This document shows positions 1-13,448 of a stretch of DNA of 64,000 nucleotides, in pieces. Every line of letters begins with the position of its first letter. Positions within the stretch are counted from its first letter, which is position 1. The translations under genes were made by a program, and so were the position numbers. Under the pieces are notes generated by a model, which saw only the letters and a program-made list of their open reading frames with translations, searched no databases and was not told the DNA's origin. The stretch lies in contig CM060734.1 of assembly GCA_030704615.1 (NCBI GenBank), positions 1,116,001 to 1,180,000 on the forward strand. Reading direction: 5' to 3'. The DNA is from Takakia lepidozioides (lineage: Eukaryota; Plantae; Bryophyta).

Positions 1-1088
1 ATATCGAGAGGAAATTGCGAGCGAGGTTTCCCTGACATGATGGTATACCTTAATATGTCTGGAGGAAGCGCATTCGAGGTTTCCCTAGCCGCCAAAAAAC
101 TCACTAACTAAGCCCCAAACAAACAAAACCCTCAACCGGCCGCCGCCCTAAAAGATCCTACCTCATCCATCCTAAATTCATCCATGGATAACAAACATGC
201 TATGGAGCATGTAGCATGTAGCATGGGGCCTCGCATGGAGCATGGGGCGCTCATAGAGCATGGGGCATGGTGAGGAAAGGGCATGTGGCCCGATAGTGGG
301 GCTGGTTGACTGTGCAGAAGACTTTATTATAGCCATTAATGAGTGGCTTCCTGTAGGGACAAGCCTCTCTTGAGGCTACCTAGATTACGAATATCCAGAG
401 GCAACCTCCACCATGCTAACAATCTGACGTTTCTTTCATATGTAAGAGAAACGGGGCAATAGGGATCGTTTTAATGTGTAGGTTAAGTCCCCACCCGAGG
501 GTGTACCTCGGTGTGAGGGGAGTGGGCGCAGCCCGAGGTCACAACACGAATACCAAGGTACCTGCCCGAGGGTGCGGGACTTACACTGCATAAAGACATA
601 GGGTTTCTTTCCCGTTTCTTTTCGCTGTGGACGGCTCAGATTGTCAGAAAAGATGAGATTGTAAAGAAAAGATGGCGTGCATAATCTCCCACGGGACCTT
701 ACGCGTAATCTCCCACGGGACAATTACGCGTAAGATCCCCCGCTCACTGATTCCGCCAGGTAAGCTCCCTGAAAATACAAAGAGAAGAAACCGGTAGATT
801 TTTACGTAAGTGGGGCCTGCTGTCAGGTCCCTGTCCCCTCTGCACCGTGCGGCCTCATTACTACGAGGCCACACAAAATTGAGAGGCCAACAATTGCATG
901 GTCACGGCAGCTGGTCCCACGCTCTGCATTTGCAGCCACCAACTTGTCTGGACTTACACAAGATAGACGCCGGCGCGAAATCTAGGGAACTATTCCTCAA
1001 ACTCCTGATTAGAGACGCTGCCGCAAATCTTTAGTAGGCTATCTTTACTTCGGGGCGAAGACTCTGTAATGTCAGACTATTAGGGCTG

Positions 1089-1790
1089 TAGCCCGTTTAG
1101 GCGATAATTAATTCAAAATGAAAGTGCCGAATCAATTCTGTGAATTTTTCAGATTTTGGCCTAATTGTTAGGAAATTATGGGACCAAAGTGCCTAATGCC
1201 CAAAAATTCCACCAAAAAACTTGCAAGCCTCTTCTTATGTTGTTTGTAATAAGATCAAAATTTCTTTGAACAAAAAAAAAATACAAATATATGCGTGCGG
1301 AACTAACTAGCCTACCACAACTCAAGAGGACCATTATGTAAGAGGTTTCACCATGCAACAGCATACCAATATGGAAACCAGTGTACCCAATGACCAATGT
1401 ATCAAAGCCCTGAACCGGTGCCTACCCAATGACCAATGTACCAAAGCCTTGTACCAACGTGCCTACACTATGGACTATCAATATTGAACTCACCTAAAGT
1501 GAGAGCAAAGTGAGAGCTTGCCTGTACCAGCTTGAGCCTTGGAACACCGGGTACAACAAAGAGGGGCATTTATAGGGTTTCAAAGGAAATGAAAGGTAGC
1601 TGGAGCCTGGAAGGGCCGGTGTCGATTTTGTAATTTTATTCTTAAGAAAATAAATGTTTTCTCTTCTCATGTGCCTAATTCTAAAAAATTATAGCATGAA
1701 GATGCCTAATTTGAGAAATTGTTTTCAAAACATGCCTAATTTTCTGATTGATTGATGTTATTATTAGGCGCAAAAATGCCTAAACGGTTG
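1089..1790. mobile_element. Possible non-autonomous TIR element (MITE-like)
   Basis: CCGTTTAGGC near 1093 is inverted to GCCTAAACGG near 1778. GCCTAAT motifs cluster near both ends. No TSD found. Confidence 0.35.
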
Positions 1791-2370
1791 TCCATTGACG
1801 GTACACCCGTACGAAGACTGGACTACTGTACACGACTACACATTGCACGAAAGATAAGATTTTGGCATTACCAGGAGATCGTCCATGAGAGCCAGCAGAT
1901 CGACTGCTACACAGCGGACTACCAAACTTTGCATTCAGGATTTGCTTGGTTGTCTAAATGCTAAGGAGCAAAACCAAAGAAGATGATCACACACAAAGGA
2001 AGTACACAATAATGTCAAGAGAAAGAAGATCACAGGTAGACAATTTTTTTTTATTGAAACAAGATGGTGCTAGTATACAGAACTACTTATTTAATCCAAT
2101 CTTTAATCCCTGTATGCAATGGTGTCATTTCTCCACCAAAAATGGCAATATCTAAGACTGTATAGCGAGTATAATTCCACTCGCAGCACAGGTCAAGTGT
2201 ACATATGCTTCCCATGCTTCCCGTCATCTTATTACCCTCAGTACTACTCTCAGTACTCTACTGCACCAATCCCTCTCTTGGTTACCAGGAAAGGCTGTTT
2301 ACAGATGGGGGGGACAACAATTTCGGTGGCACTCACAAATGGTTAAGGATCGTAGAGGAAAATGTACTAC

Positions 2371-5300
2371 CTAACTTTCCACCGCAGCTACCCGTGTCTT
2401 AATAGGCTTAAGCTTTAATCCTAGGCTTTCAGGAGACAGAAGCTCTGGGGCGACGCAGGGAGGACTAAGAGGACTGGTAGGAGTCGAGGAGAGTGAGACT
2501 ATTGGGCGTTGGTAGAAAGAGTAACCCATTAGGAATAACTCAATTGGCACCAACATTGACTGCGGCTGTTCCTCTGTCACCAGGGAGCCACATGCTTGCA
2601 CCTGTATGGATACACATTACAGGCATTAGACATTAGCATTAACTGCTTACAAGACTCTCTCTCTTTTGATTCTCCACAGGTATTGATTTTCTAGGAGGTA
2701 CAAATCACATGCATTAAAGAAATCTGCTAGAAGACTGGTTCATGCAACTCTTCATCTTTCTGAGTTTAACTCGCAATCCACAGAAGTCCAATCCACAGAG
2801 GACAGCCAAGGATGGTCAGTGTGAGTCTTACCTCAATCAAAGCACTGTTGCGTCTATCCACCTCCAGACTAATGCAAAGAGCTTCATGGTGGAAGGGAGA
2901 GAGCTCGCCCACTATTATCAATGTTCGGCATTTCAATTTCCTTAGACTCTCACTCAAATCCACCCTCCTGCATTAATCAATCCACAACTGTGATGAGAAT
3001 CCACCATTTCTCCATGTAGCTCTTCATCCACCTACCTTGAGCCTGATTTTTCCTAGAGGGCACACTAAGGAATTCCAGTATATCCACATTCCCCCTAATG
3101 TGAACTCAGCTGAGAAACACTGACTGAACATTAGATGTCCCAACATTCATACAAAGCACAAGTTGGGAGAACCTACTGGTGGATAGCTTGCATATACCGC
3201 ATCACATTTTTGCTTTGCCTCTCATCCAATAACTGCACATATCAACATTGAAAGTACACATTAAAGACTGGAAACTAACATGCCATCACCAAACTCAAAC
3301 CAAGAACATTTGAAATTAGCCCATCATTCCAAAGGCAAATTGTGATCCCTCTTTCTATGGGCGATGCAAAGGATTTATTGAACTCACCCTGCGATAAGTT
3401 GAGACTACATCTGACCCTGTACTGGAAATGTTCCGAACATCCTGTCACATCCAAAAACCACAGTGCAGCAGCAGCTTCCTCAAAATTGGAAATTGAAAAA
3501 AGTGTTTCCTGCAGACTTCCCGACTGGGACATATCCTGAATGTGCAAAGTGATCAGTCTGGCATTAGCATAGCTATTAGAAGTTTGTCATTTCCACTTGG
3601 TACTCATCCTTGACCAGTTTCTTATGTACCAGATCAGAAGTGCAACAAAGTAGCAAAAGGCTGACGGATTGACTTACTTGACTGAAGTATCGTTGCAGAA
3701 GAGTCTCCTTCACAAAATTGGACATACCACAAAAATAGAGCAAGTTTATCATTGCCTGCAAATGCCCGAGTGGAAATCTCCATGAGACCTTGATGGGAAG
3801 AGGACTACATGGAAAGCAATCTCTCTACTCAAAACAGCTCCAAAGATACTGTAGCATACACAGCACTTCAAAACCATGGATTGGCAATAGGGTGTAACAG
3901 CATGTTTGGAGTGGGCATTTCACGGAGTAGATTCTGGATTTATTTCAAACCTTGTTGTATAGCCATTCTGTCCAGCAGGGCGTTTGGCACAGAGGAGAAA
4001 CCAAAATAAGGCCTAATGCACGGTCCCTGTACTTCAGCTGCAGGATAAGGTCCCAAACAATCAGATAGGTGCTACATATCTACTCAGACATAACTATTTT
4101 TAATGTGTCCTTAAAAAAAGAGTCCAACTCATGAAGAGGTTCCATGCTCATGTGTTTAATGCAGAAGAGAAACCTTTAAGCTGCCCTGGTTTGCTGACTG
4201 CACTCACGTGACAGTCTACAGAACATTAGGAGTGCTTCGAAACAAAAATTGAGATAAATAAATCCACTGGATCGAAACAGTACCGCAAAAAGAGTTAGGA
4301 TGTAAGCTCCTCCTGTCACACCCAAACCAATCACTTCCTGCAACCTGTTTCAACAATAGGAGGATTAGCACTGTGGCCACTCAAAAGCTAGGACAAATTG
4401 TGTTACATCACAATTCAACCAGAGCACACATGTTGAAGATTTGCACACAAAACCAGAAGAAATCACACAACTCATGTCAAAGGTTGAAAGCGAGCTGCAT
4501 AGCCCCCCCACCCTTTCCTATTGTTTGAAAAGTGACTCTGAAAGTTCTCTTTCCTTGCCAATTATTATGGCAACCCCCATTTAAAACAGTGATCCAGGCA
4601 GTATTTACAGCACACAAGCTTTGGAGCTGGTGCCTACTCACCTTGATGCACCCTCCTCACTCCTCAAAATTGGTTCAGAAAGAAACTCACCCGAAATAAT
4701 CTAGGACCTCTGCAACTTGGTCTGCCAAGTCATCCACAGAAGCAAGTGCTTGATTTGATGGAATAAGTGGTGCCCCAACCTGCCACAGATCATTACCTTT
4801 GGACTTAAGTTCTAATAACTTTAGAATCCTGCAGCCCTTCCTTAACAGATGTTCTGTCCTATGGTCACCGAAGCGTCACATCAAACAGTTACCTACACAC
4901 TTTCCAGGAACTCCATCAATTTGCCAAACCTTCAAGGCAGCCTCTAGTACCTCCAAAGTTTGAGAAATTGATACTAACCTCATGGCCAGGGGCGTCAATA
5001 TGGTAGATGCAGAAGTTGTGGAACAGAACGGATGAAGCCTCAGGGCATGAGAAGAGCCCTTCGAAGCAGCACAAATCTGGAAACCAACCCACCAGTCACA
5101 CATTTGAGCTGTCCTCCTCCGTTACCCTGGAGTATGCAGAGTTCACCCAAATTTACTGCCATAAACATAAACAGCAGATTTAATACATTACAGGTATCAC
5201 TGCAGCTCTCGCCCGACCACACCCTTGCTACGCCTTCGCCAAATTTCGCTGGAAATTCCAGCCGGAAAACCTGCTATTCAACCTTTGGCCACAACTTTCG

Positions 5301-5983
5301 GACCTCTTCTCAAAAGCTTCGATGCGATAAAAGATTATAGGTTGACGCTTGTCCTTGAGCAAAGTAGCGTTTAGGTTAAGGCTCAAAGGGGGAGTGCAGA
5401 ACTCACAATTAAGCCCCACATCTGGGTATGTCACGAGAGCGGGCTTGTCCTGGTCACCACAAACGAGCACCGAGATATGCCCAAATGAGGTGGGAACCAG
5501 AAATTCCTGATGACAGGATAACAGGTCGAAATTAGTACAGCCTTTGACAGCAAGACTTAATTGAGACCGACCAATGATGAGTCCAAACCAATATTGACAT
5601 CGAAATTCTCCAGGTATTGCTACTTGCTGTCACACGGCAAAAAAGGAGGCCAAGCATACACTCATCGCGGCGGAGTGTCCTGTACATTATATGACAGTTA
5701 ACAACAAGCACTTGCACCACGGACAAGTCATGCACAGCGCAGAACTCTGTAAGAGGACCATCAATTCAAACACTAAGCGTCTCTTTCTTTACCATTTCTC
5801 AGAGACTGTAGAACCCGCTAGATGACACATGGGAGAAACCTAGAAAATCACACGCAGTTGAATTTAACGAGGAATACAACGCGCTGCAGAAGGCAAGAAA
5901 TGTTCGTGCGGGATGTTGGGTACCTGGCCTCCCCATGGCACTGATTCCATGTCCAACGTGATCGCAAAACTCCCTTCCTCCAT
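2371..5983 (-). CDS. NDL: NDL / SF21 (N-MYC downregulated-like, NDRG family alpha/beta-hydrolase fold) protein, 11 exons, 349 aa, apparently intact
   Basis: Exons hand-assembled, all GT-AG: 5924-5983, 5407-5506, 4979-5076, 4691-4779, 4284-4344, 3951-4037, 3678-3755, 3388-3441, 3177-3232, 2832-2967, 2371-2601. Total 1050 nt, phases consistent, no internal stop. Family motifs: [93 protein letters not shown]. Confidence 0.95.
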
Positions 5984-8562
5984 AGCCCAAAACAGCGCAA
6001 CAGCGAGCACAGAAGAGGTTTAGGGGTAGAGTCACTCCTCGCTACAAAACTGTAGGCAATTTGGGCCTTGTGAGTTTCATTGTGCACACATTGTCGTCAT
6101 ACGCTGGGTTCGAGTGAGTGTGAACACCGGGCTCCAGAGGCCCAATAGACGAGTCCGAATTACAACTCAAATACTACAGATGTGCCAATGCGCCTCAGCA
6201 ATGCACGTAGCCCGAATTGCTCACATGCTGGAAAGAGTCCACTCAAAGTTTGCGTCCCGTAGGATGAATCTAGTAGAGTTAGCCTCTCTTGGTCAGTGCC
6301 CACTAATGCTTGGATCAGAGACCCGGACAGAACGCTTCCGAATCAGGACTAGGAAAACCAAAATCTCAAGAACCCACTCAGGTGTGTCAAGTCTCACTTC
6401 ATAAGCTGGAGACGCCCAATGAAATGCGACTCAAACCGGATACTAGAGAAGAAAATCAAGCTTAGTAGTAGTACAAGCATGCAGGTGCGAGGCGAGAGGC
6501 GGGTGGCCAAACTGCGCGCCACCTAAACCTACGAAGACGAGCAGATGAGTGAGCTTATAGCAGCAGGTAAGAAGAAGCGAGACGAAGAGCAGAGAATGGG
6601 GGCCCCACTCTAAAGCACACAAGAAACTGCACGAGAGAGAAGAGAGAGAGAGAGAGAGAATGCCTGCCTGGCAGTTGGGAGGCAAGCCCGCCTTCTTCTT
6701 ACTAATCCCCTTCACTAAGCTCACTAACTATTCCTAACCATTATTTGAATTTGTTTTATTTTCCAGTATCTACCATTTACTGATGCTGGACGATTCCAAC
6801 TGGTCCACACGTGCCCGATGAACCGCGCAGGCTGTGTGTCCTCCGCTGGCGGAGAGCTGCGCGGCCACTTTCCGACCGCGGGGTGACCGCGGGATGGCCG
6901 CGCGGTTTCCCGCGGCGCCCGCCGACCGTCTCCGCGTGGCCCTCGAGGGGAATATGTCGTCGGCGTCTGGCACGCGGCAGTTTGTGGTCACAAGTCACAA
7001 CTGGTACAGTAATTTTGGTGCTTCACGAAAACAGTAAAGAGCATGTGCGGATTGACTAACCCTACTAAACTCATCAAGATATTCTACTTGTGTTTGTCTT
7101 TGGATTGAAAATAATCGAATGGCCCACTCCAAGCGAATTCTTATTGTCGTTTCTGTCGTATGAACGGACGACGAACGAATCGGACAAGTCGGACCGGAAA
7201 TCATGTAAGAATTGCGTGTACCTATCCTGTACAGGACCGTACAGTATAGCAATGCGCCCCAGTCGGGTCATTGAATGAATGTCATCCATCCACATTCACA
7301 CAATGGAAAATGTGCCGCAGTTGAGGGGGTTATTGTGAGCATATCCACGGCGAGGCCCGTCAAACGTTACTGTTTACAAGGGGGACGGTACTTTTTACAA
7401 GGACGATTTGGTTGGCACTCCACTGTGGGAACGGTAGCAGACGCGGCATAGACAGCCCCAGGCACGCCCGCCGCCCTATCACAATCTTGGCGCGTTGATC
7501 AGCCCATATTTTTTAGGCGAAATAAAGCCAAAAAGCACTCGACCTTTGTACGCTGCGACACACGCCCTTGTAAAAAAACAGCGGGAAACCGAAAAAAAAG
7601 CCAAAATGTGCGCGTTCCCTGGTGGAGTGTCACCATAAAGCACCAAAGGAACTACCCCTTGGCACCTGGGAACCGGATCCCATGGCACCCGTCATCCAAC
7701 GGCCGGCGCCTGTTGGCGTGCATGGGGGATCTCGCCACGTGCTCCGCCCTGGGCCGTCCGTTCGCCAAGCGTTTTAGGGCCGGAGGGGGTGGCAGCGGCG
7801 GCTATCACTCTGAGTTCATCGCCTACTATGTTATGCCTTGAGTTCATGTGTGTCGACAGGTTCTTTAGTGTGCGCTTGTTTATTGGGAAGGACTTCAAAG
7901 ATGCAGGGAAGCTTCAATGCCCGGAGGCGGCTGCTGGATCGCATTAAGATCGTGGCCCCGTGGCCGTTATGGTGTCTCTGCTTAGATTTACAGAGTTCCT
8001 TTTGTGCTAGAGGGCAGATTCAAGAGCCCTTTTGTTTCCATTATCTCTGCGAGTGTAGTGAAATTATCGACGTTGACATTTGGTATTTGGGCAATTTTCA
8101 TTGGGGCATATGGCCTAGACAGTCTGTTTTGGACCTGGTAGCTTAGTATTAGTTCCCCCTTGCATGTTCAGATTGCAAGAGGCATTACTATTGTCTCTGG
8201 AGGTTCAGATTGAGTTTTTCACATCTTCAACTCGGTGCCTTTTGGGCCCAAGACGCAATATGTTTATTTAATTTGAGTACAAGGGCCTCCGTCCCCTTTT
8301 TATTAAAAGAAAACATTAAAAAAAATTCGTTGTTGACGTGTGTCCCATCCAAAGTGGGCTACAGTAGACCCTGGATAATGCTTTTTTGTTATGTTACCCT
8401 TAATGTTATGAAATCTTGGCTCTCTAAAAATTTACACTTGAAAACAACAATATAACATGAACATAAGATAAAGATAAAGTCTATTTAACATCCAGTGTAT
8501 TTACAGAGCTTACTGCTCAACACATAGGCCATCGAGGGCCCAATGGACGGTCTGAAGGCACA

Positions 8563-8637
8563 TGTTGAAGGATTGAACCCCAGGATCACCTAGGTTATGC
8601 ACAGGCAAGGCAGAAACACCCAACCACTGGGCTATCT
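8563..8637 (-). mobile_element. tRNA-derived SINE-like head (Pol III A and B boxes)
   Basis: Minus strand: A-box-like TAGCCCAGTGG (8624-8634) and B-box-like GGTTCAATCC (8570-8579). No convincing cloverleaf or acceptor stem. Confidence 0.4.
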
Positions 8638-8641
8638 GCTC

Positions 8642-8812
8642 AATGGTTTTGAGAATAGATATTACCTCAACAATTATTTTCGACCTTACTCAAAAACTAT
8701 TTTTGAGGTAATATCTTTAAAATTAAAAAAAAAATGGTTTTGAAAACAGATATTACCTCAACAATTGTTTTTTACCTCCATCAAAAACTATTGTTGAGGT
8801 CATTTCTTTAAA
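8642..8812. repeat. Tandem duplication (~91-bp period) of a palindromic AT-rich unit
   Basis: AGATATTACCTCAA (8657-8670) is the exact reverse complement of TTGAGGTAATATCT (8703-8716). The unit repeats from about 8733. Confidence 0.75.
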
Positions 8813-11011
8813 AAAAAAACATAATGGTTGATATGCGATAAAAAATAATAGATATGTTATAATTTTCTGCTCTATAGGAATAACATTTATCTAGGGTCGA
8901 CTGTATGGAGCCAGATTAATGACATTGGCCTTTTTATGGTAGCCACTTTGCTGCAATATAAGGGCCCTTGGAGCCAAGTTTATCTCCCTTGCTTTGACCA
9001 TGTGTCGCCCTTGCAATGTCTTCTTGGTCATATATGGTCGCCATATTGCGACAGTATGGTGCGTAGCTGTAGCCACGTACAATCCATGTGGAAAACAGCT
9101 GGTTCGCCACCTACGCACTCTACGCCACTAGTTTTCTGGCACATGGTTGCTGTATATGAAATGAAAAAAAATGGGCTGGTGTTGATTGAGGACATATCTC
9201 TTGACCTCACAAATTTAATGTAGTGGTTGGCGGGTCATTGTATGCTTGGCAGAAGTGCCCTGAGGGAGGCAGATTTAAAGCGGGGCCTGTAGCAATTCTA
9301 CTGGTCTGAGAGCATCCCCACTCTACGCCTCTATGGACCATTGCACCCGTATTTCTCCTACACAGGTTTGCCTCCAAACGTACCACACCCCTTGCCCCGC
9401 TACCGTATACGCCGTTAAGGGCGGACATTGAACCGCCTCTTTTTCACTGAATCCGTGCACAATATCCAGTGTCCTGAACCCGTCCCGCAACCGAGTCGTC
9501 CCGACCATGGATATGTCAGAGCGTGCCAGAAGCGTATGAGAAGCGTGTGAGAATCCTGTCAGAGCGTATGAGAATGGCACTGGGAACTCCAGCAAGGTAG
9601 GCACATAGGATACAGGAGCGTAACGAAGGGCAAGGGTGTGGCTACGAGCAGCCGACACCTTCACTCACTTTTCAAGAGTCCTGAACCAACTTCTTCAAAA
9701 TAAGCATAGAGGGGCCATTTCAGAGAGAAGGGTGGGGATGCTTTGAGGCAACCATGGAGCAACCTGCGCGGCCTTTCTAGGACCCCACCACGCTAGATTG
9801 CCGTTTTTGGGCAGGTACCATGACACCGTGGAAATGCTCTTGAGTTATTATGCATGAAGCTTAAACTCTATATTTTGGCGAACATCCAATGGATAGCCAA
9901 AAGTTAGGGTATTACCACTAGTGGTCGTGGGTTCTAAACCATATATGTGTGTTGCATGTCATGAGGTGTCCACCGTCCATCATAAGGATCAAGCCACACC
10001 ATAAATTAGAATTGCTTAGGCAAGAGTCCACATTTTTTCATATTTAGGTTGTTTTAGCTAGAAAACTTAGTTTGATAAACCTTGACTAATTCATTGACCA
10101 GATAATTGACCAATGAATATTTGACTAAACTGAATGGTTGACTGCAAACTATAAACGAATATGGCCCAGGCTGAGTTGGATAAACTTTATGTTGATACTA
10201 GTGTCTTGATAATGTTTGGGGAACATGGTTCTCATGCGTCCCGACAGACATCAGATGGGTATGTAGATGCCGAAGTTAGCTTAAATAAGAGCCTCTTCCG
10301 AGCCTCTTCCCCTCGCAGTACGTAGATGTTGACAAAATGTTATTAGGTGATGAGGGCCACCCCCGAGAGGGGGCAGTAGCCGTGAGGCGACGTGGCTCCT
10401 AGTTACACCGGCTTTGGCCGGAGTCTTCTCTCTCTCTCTCTTAGGTGATGACGAAATGTCAGTTAGTTGGTCGCAAGCTCACCCTTATCACTATAGTAAA
10501 CGTTGCTTGAATTATTTGTATTTTCGGTTGGCTTATATCTGTGAACCCTAACGGCCCGGGAGCAGTTACATTATGCGATGGAACGTAACCGAAATTTGCG
10601 GAGTGACGTTCCATCCCATAAGGTCACTCCTGCCACCATTTCCCCCATTTTTGCGTCTTTCCAGCATCTTTCCGAGATCAGACAAACCAAAGGAGCGGGC
10701 AGCAAAAGAAGATGTTGGGGGGGGGGGGGGGGGAAATCTGGGCGCCTAAAAGAAGGGACACGTGCCGGGGTTTTTTTTCAAGCAACTTTTGCACAGGGTA
10801 AAGGCCCCACTCGCGGGCCGTCACACGTTTGCGCCACTGGTCACTCGCGCTCCGCCCTCGTTCCCAGTGGCTTGAACGTGTGACAGCCCTTGCGTGAGGC
10901 CCTTCCCCTCCACATAACGATTTCTGTGACCCACACGATCATGTTGGATACATTGTATTCTTCAACTCAAAAAATTTGTGAGTTTGCGAATTCTGGTCGC
11001 GCAAACTAAAC

Positions 11012-11719
11012 TAGTGTTGGACCGGTATCATAAATATTTCATACCAGGAAGGGTTTGGTATTGTTGGTGAAGAGGCCTGGCAGGTAATGGTATCACAGTA
11101 GACATTAAACTTTTAATGTACCAGTCTGGTATGTACATTGTTTTTGCTTTGTCTGGTATGGTACGGTATCAATATTGCAAATTTCAAATCTTATACTGGG
11201 GGTATATCAATACTGGTATCAATACAGCTCTATGGTAGAAATTCTCCATGGCATAATTTGAACAGTTTATTTATTTAATTTTAAAGCTGATTGCCGCACT
11301 TCAGCTGCTGAAGTTCACCACTTTGGCCGTGAGTGCCCTTATTTAAAATAACAAGGAGCCAGATGTCACCTGAGGGTAATTTGAGGTAACTCTCCATTGT
11401 TGCACTGTAAACCCCTAATGCTCCACATATTGATACCTAGGGTGCAAGCGACGACCGAAGACAGAGTACTAGTATCGACAAAGTTGCATTCCTTGTGATA
11501 CCAAGCTGGTCTGGTAGGAGCCTATGTATTAGCGTTTTACTATATTGCCCCCAATATATGTTCTACCCGGGGTACTACTGCCAGGTTAGTATCTTTGTTC
11601 TTATAGAAACCTTTAATTGCACAGTCGTAACTGTGTTGGTCATTGTGTAGGTGGTCTGGTACCCTGCTGCGATACCCTGCTGAAACCCCGCCTCGCCCCC
11701 ATATACCTGTCCAACATTG
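11012..11719. mobile_element. Non-autonomous hAT element, older copy
   Basis: TIRs TAGTGTTGGACCGGTAT and (rc) CAATGTTGGACAGGTAT. Flanks AACTAAAC / GTCTAAAC match 6/8 (degenerate 8-bp TSD). Many subterminal GGTAT/ATACC motifs. Confidence 0.7.
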
Positions 11720-12621
11720 GTCTAAACCCACTTTTCCCCTGCATTTTTAGGATGTCTTCTCAAGACTGTATGTGGTATGTCACTTTGGGGTGCACACACA
11801 GAAAGCACAGGAACATTGTAGATGCACTTGCAGATGCAGGATGCGTGAGCAAACCCTAAGTTAGAAGAATCCGAGGCGACCAATCTCGTCTCTCTCACGC
11901 ACACACGACGTGTAGGGCGCCAACACTGTAGAGCGCCGAAGGCAGACTGTAGTGTAATCTTTGTGAATATTTGTGTGCCGCTCTGGCGCTCTGCATGCCT
12001 GCCACCCCGTGCGCTTCCTGCTGCACACACATCAGTGGGCAAAGCCTCCCTAGACTGCCTTTGTTGCTGTTCCTTTGATGGCTGAAAGCCTGGACTCAGT
12101 GCTCTCAAGACAGTCAGAGTGATGCAAGCAGCAACACCTGCATACAGCACTCCAACTTTCCAAGTAGCATGGCTGGCCGATAGCTGGGCCAGCTAAATGT
12201 GCATTCACAGCATCAATGAGCACCGATTGATGAGTTTTGTCATTTCATGGCCTCTCACAACCCAAGTTCAGCATCGGATCACCTCCATGTTATTTAATTT
12301 TGTCTGCGGCAACAACATCAACAGTAAAGCAGCTCATAGAAGTGCCAGAGTCTGTTCGGTGAGTGTGATAGTGCGCTAATGATAACTGGTGGATGGAACA
12401 GCATGTTCGAGATATTGTGGAGAGGTGAGATTGCGATTTACCCACAGGGTATCCTGATTCCTAAGATGAGGATGAGGGAGACTCGCAGCTACCTGAAGCA
12501 GAGCGTACCAAAAATGGGAATTCACTAAGATTCTCTTCTGATGATTCTGGGATAACTGAGTCCTGAGTTCATAAACGCGATAAGCCTTAAAAGGATGCAG
12601 GTTCCTCGCCTGCATACATAC

Positions 12622-13448
12622 CAGTGTTGGACTGGTATCGTATTTTGAGCACACCAGGCTGGTACTGGTATATAGGCTTTCGGCCAGTTGTGATACCAGG
12701 GAGGTACTGGTATTGGCAAAAATCTGAGATTTGGATACCATGGTGGTATCAATAATACCTGATTGGTGTGGTGTTTAACGGGCATCAATAGCAAGAGTTT
12801 TTAGAAATCGATACCAAGGTATTATCAATACTGGTCTGGTATAAGAAAAAACTCATGATATGTTAAATATTGAAAGGCCCACTTCTCATATAAATGTGTA
12901 CAAGCATGCTTCTCATTGATTTTATTCCTCTTTCACCCTTGAGTTGCTACGCCACCAAAGTGCTTTCTCCGGCCTCTTGGTTGGAGTTTCGGGGATGGTG
13001 TCCTGCGGTCGCGTTATTTATATGTCCAATTTCCTAATGTGGCAGGTAATACGCCTCGCGCTTGACCAAACCCAAGGAAACTCCGAATACTGGCCATGAT
13101 TTTGTACAGACAGACTTTGGAGAAGCAGATGAAAAAGAAACGCCAATTGGGATCAAGGAAAATAGCAAACTTATTACTAAAGTCGACCCAAAGGCCCGTC
13201 AAACTTTCGCAATCAGGACTGGGCCGCGAAACCACGACTGGGCGTACTGGTATGTATCAAGTACCAAATTGTCAACCACCTACCAGACTGGTAGGGTATC
13301 GTCCATGGTATTAGGAAGCAGATACCAGGCCAATACGGGTATATGCTAGGTAGTGGCCTGAGGTGATACTAGACTGGTCTGGTACTTCATACCAGTATAC
13401 ATACCAGTATTGATACCAGTTTCTTATCTGTATACGAGTCCAACACGG
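12622..13448. mobile_element. Non-autonomous hAT element with perfect 8-bp TSD
   Basis: TIR CAGTGTTGGACTGGTATC vs (rc) CCGTGTTGGACTCGTATA, 15/18 match. TSD ATACATAC at 12614-12621 and 13449-13456. Subterminal TGGTAT/ATACCA repeats. Confidence 0.9.

Noticed and set aside
6770-7060. Overlapping GC-rich ORFs upstream of NDL
   Set aside because: Stop-poor GC-rich promoter-like DNA with no recognisable protein motif.
7600-8150. Possible divergent gene start (MGDLATCSALGRPFAKRFRAGGGG...)
   Set aside because: Short, no recognisable domain, and no consistent exon chain could be built.
11722-12600. Minus-strand ORFs between the two hAT elements
   Set aside because: No family recognised; they could be decayed host exons but this is unsupported.
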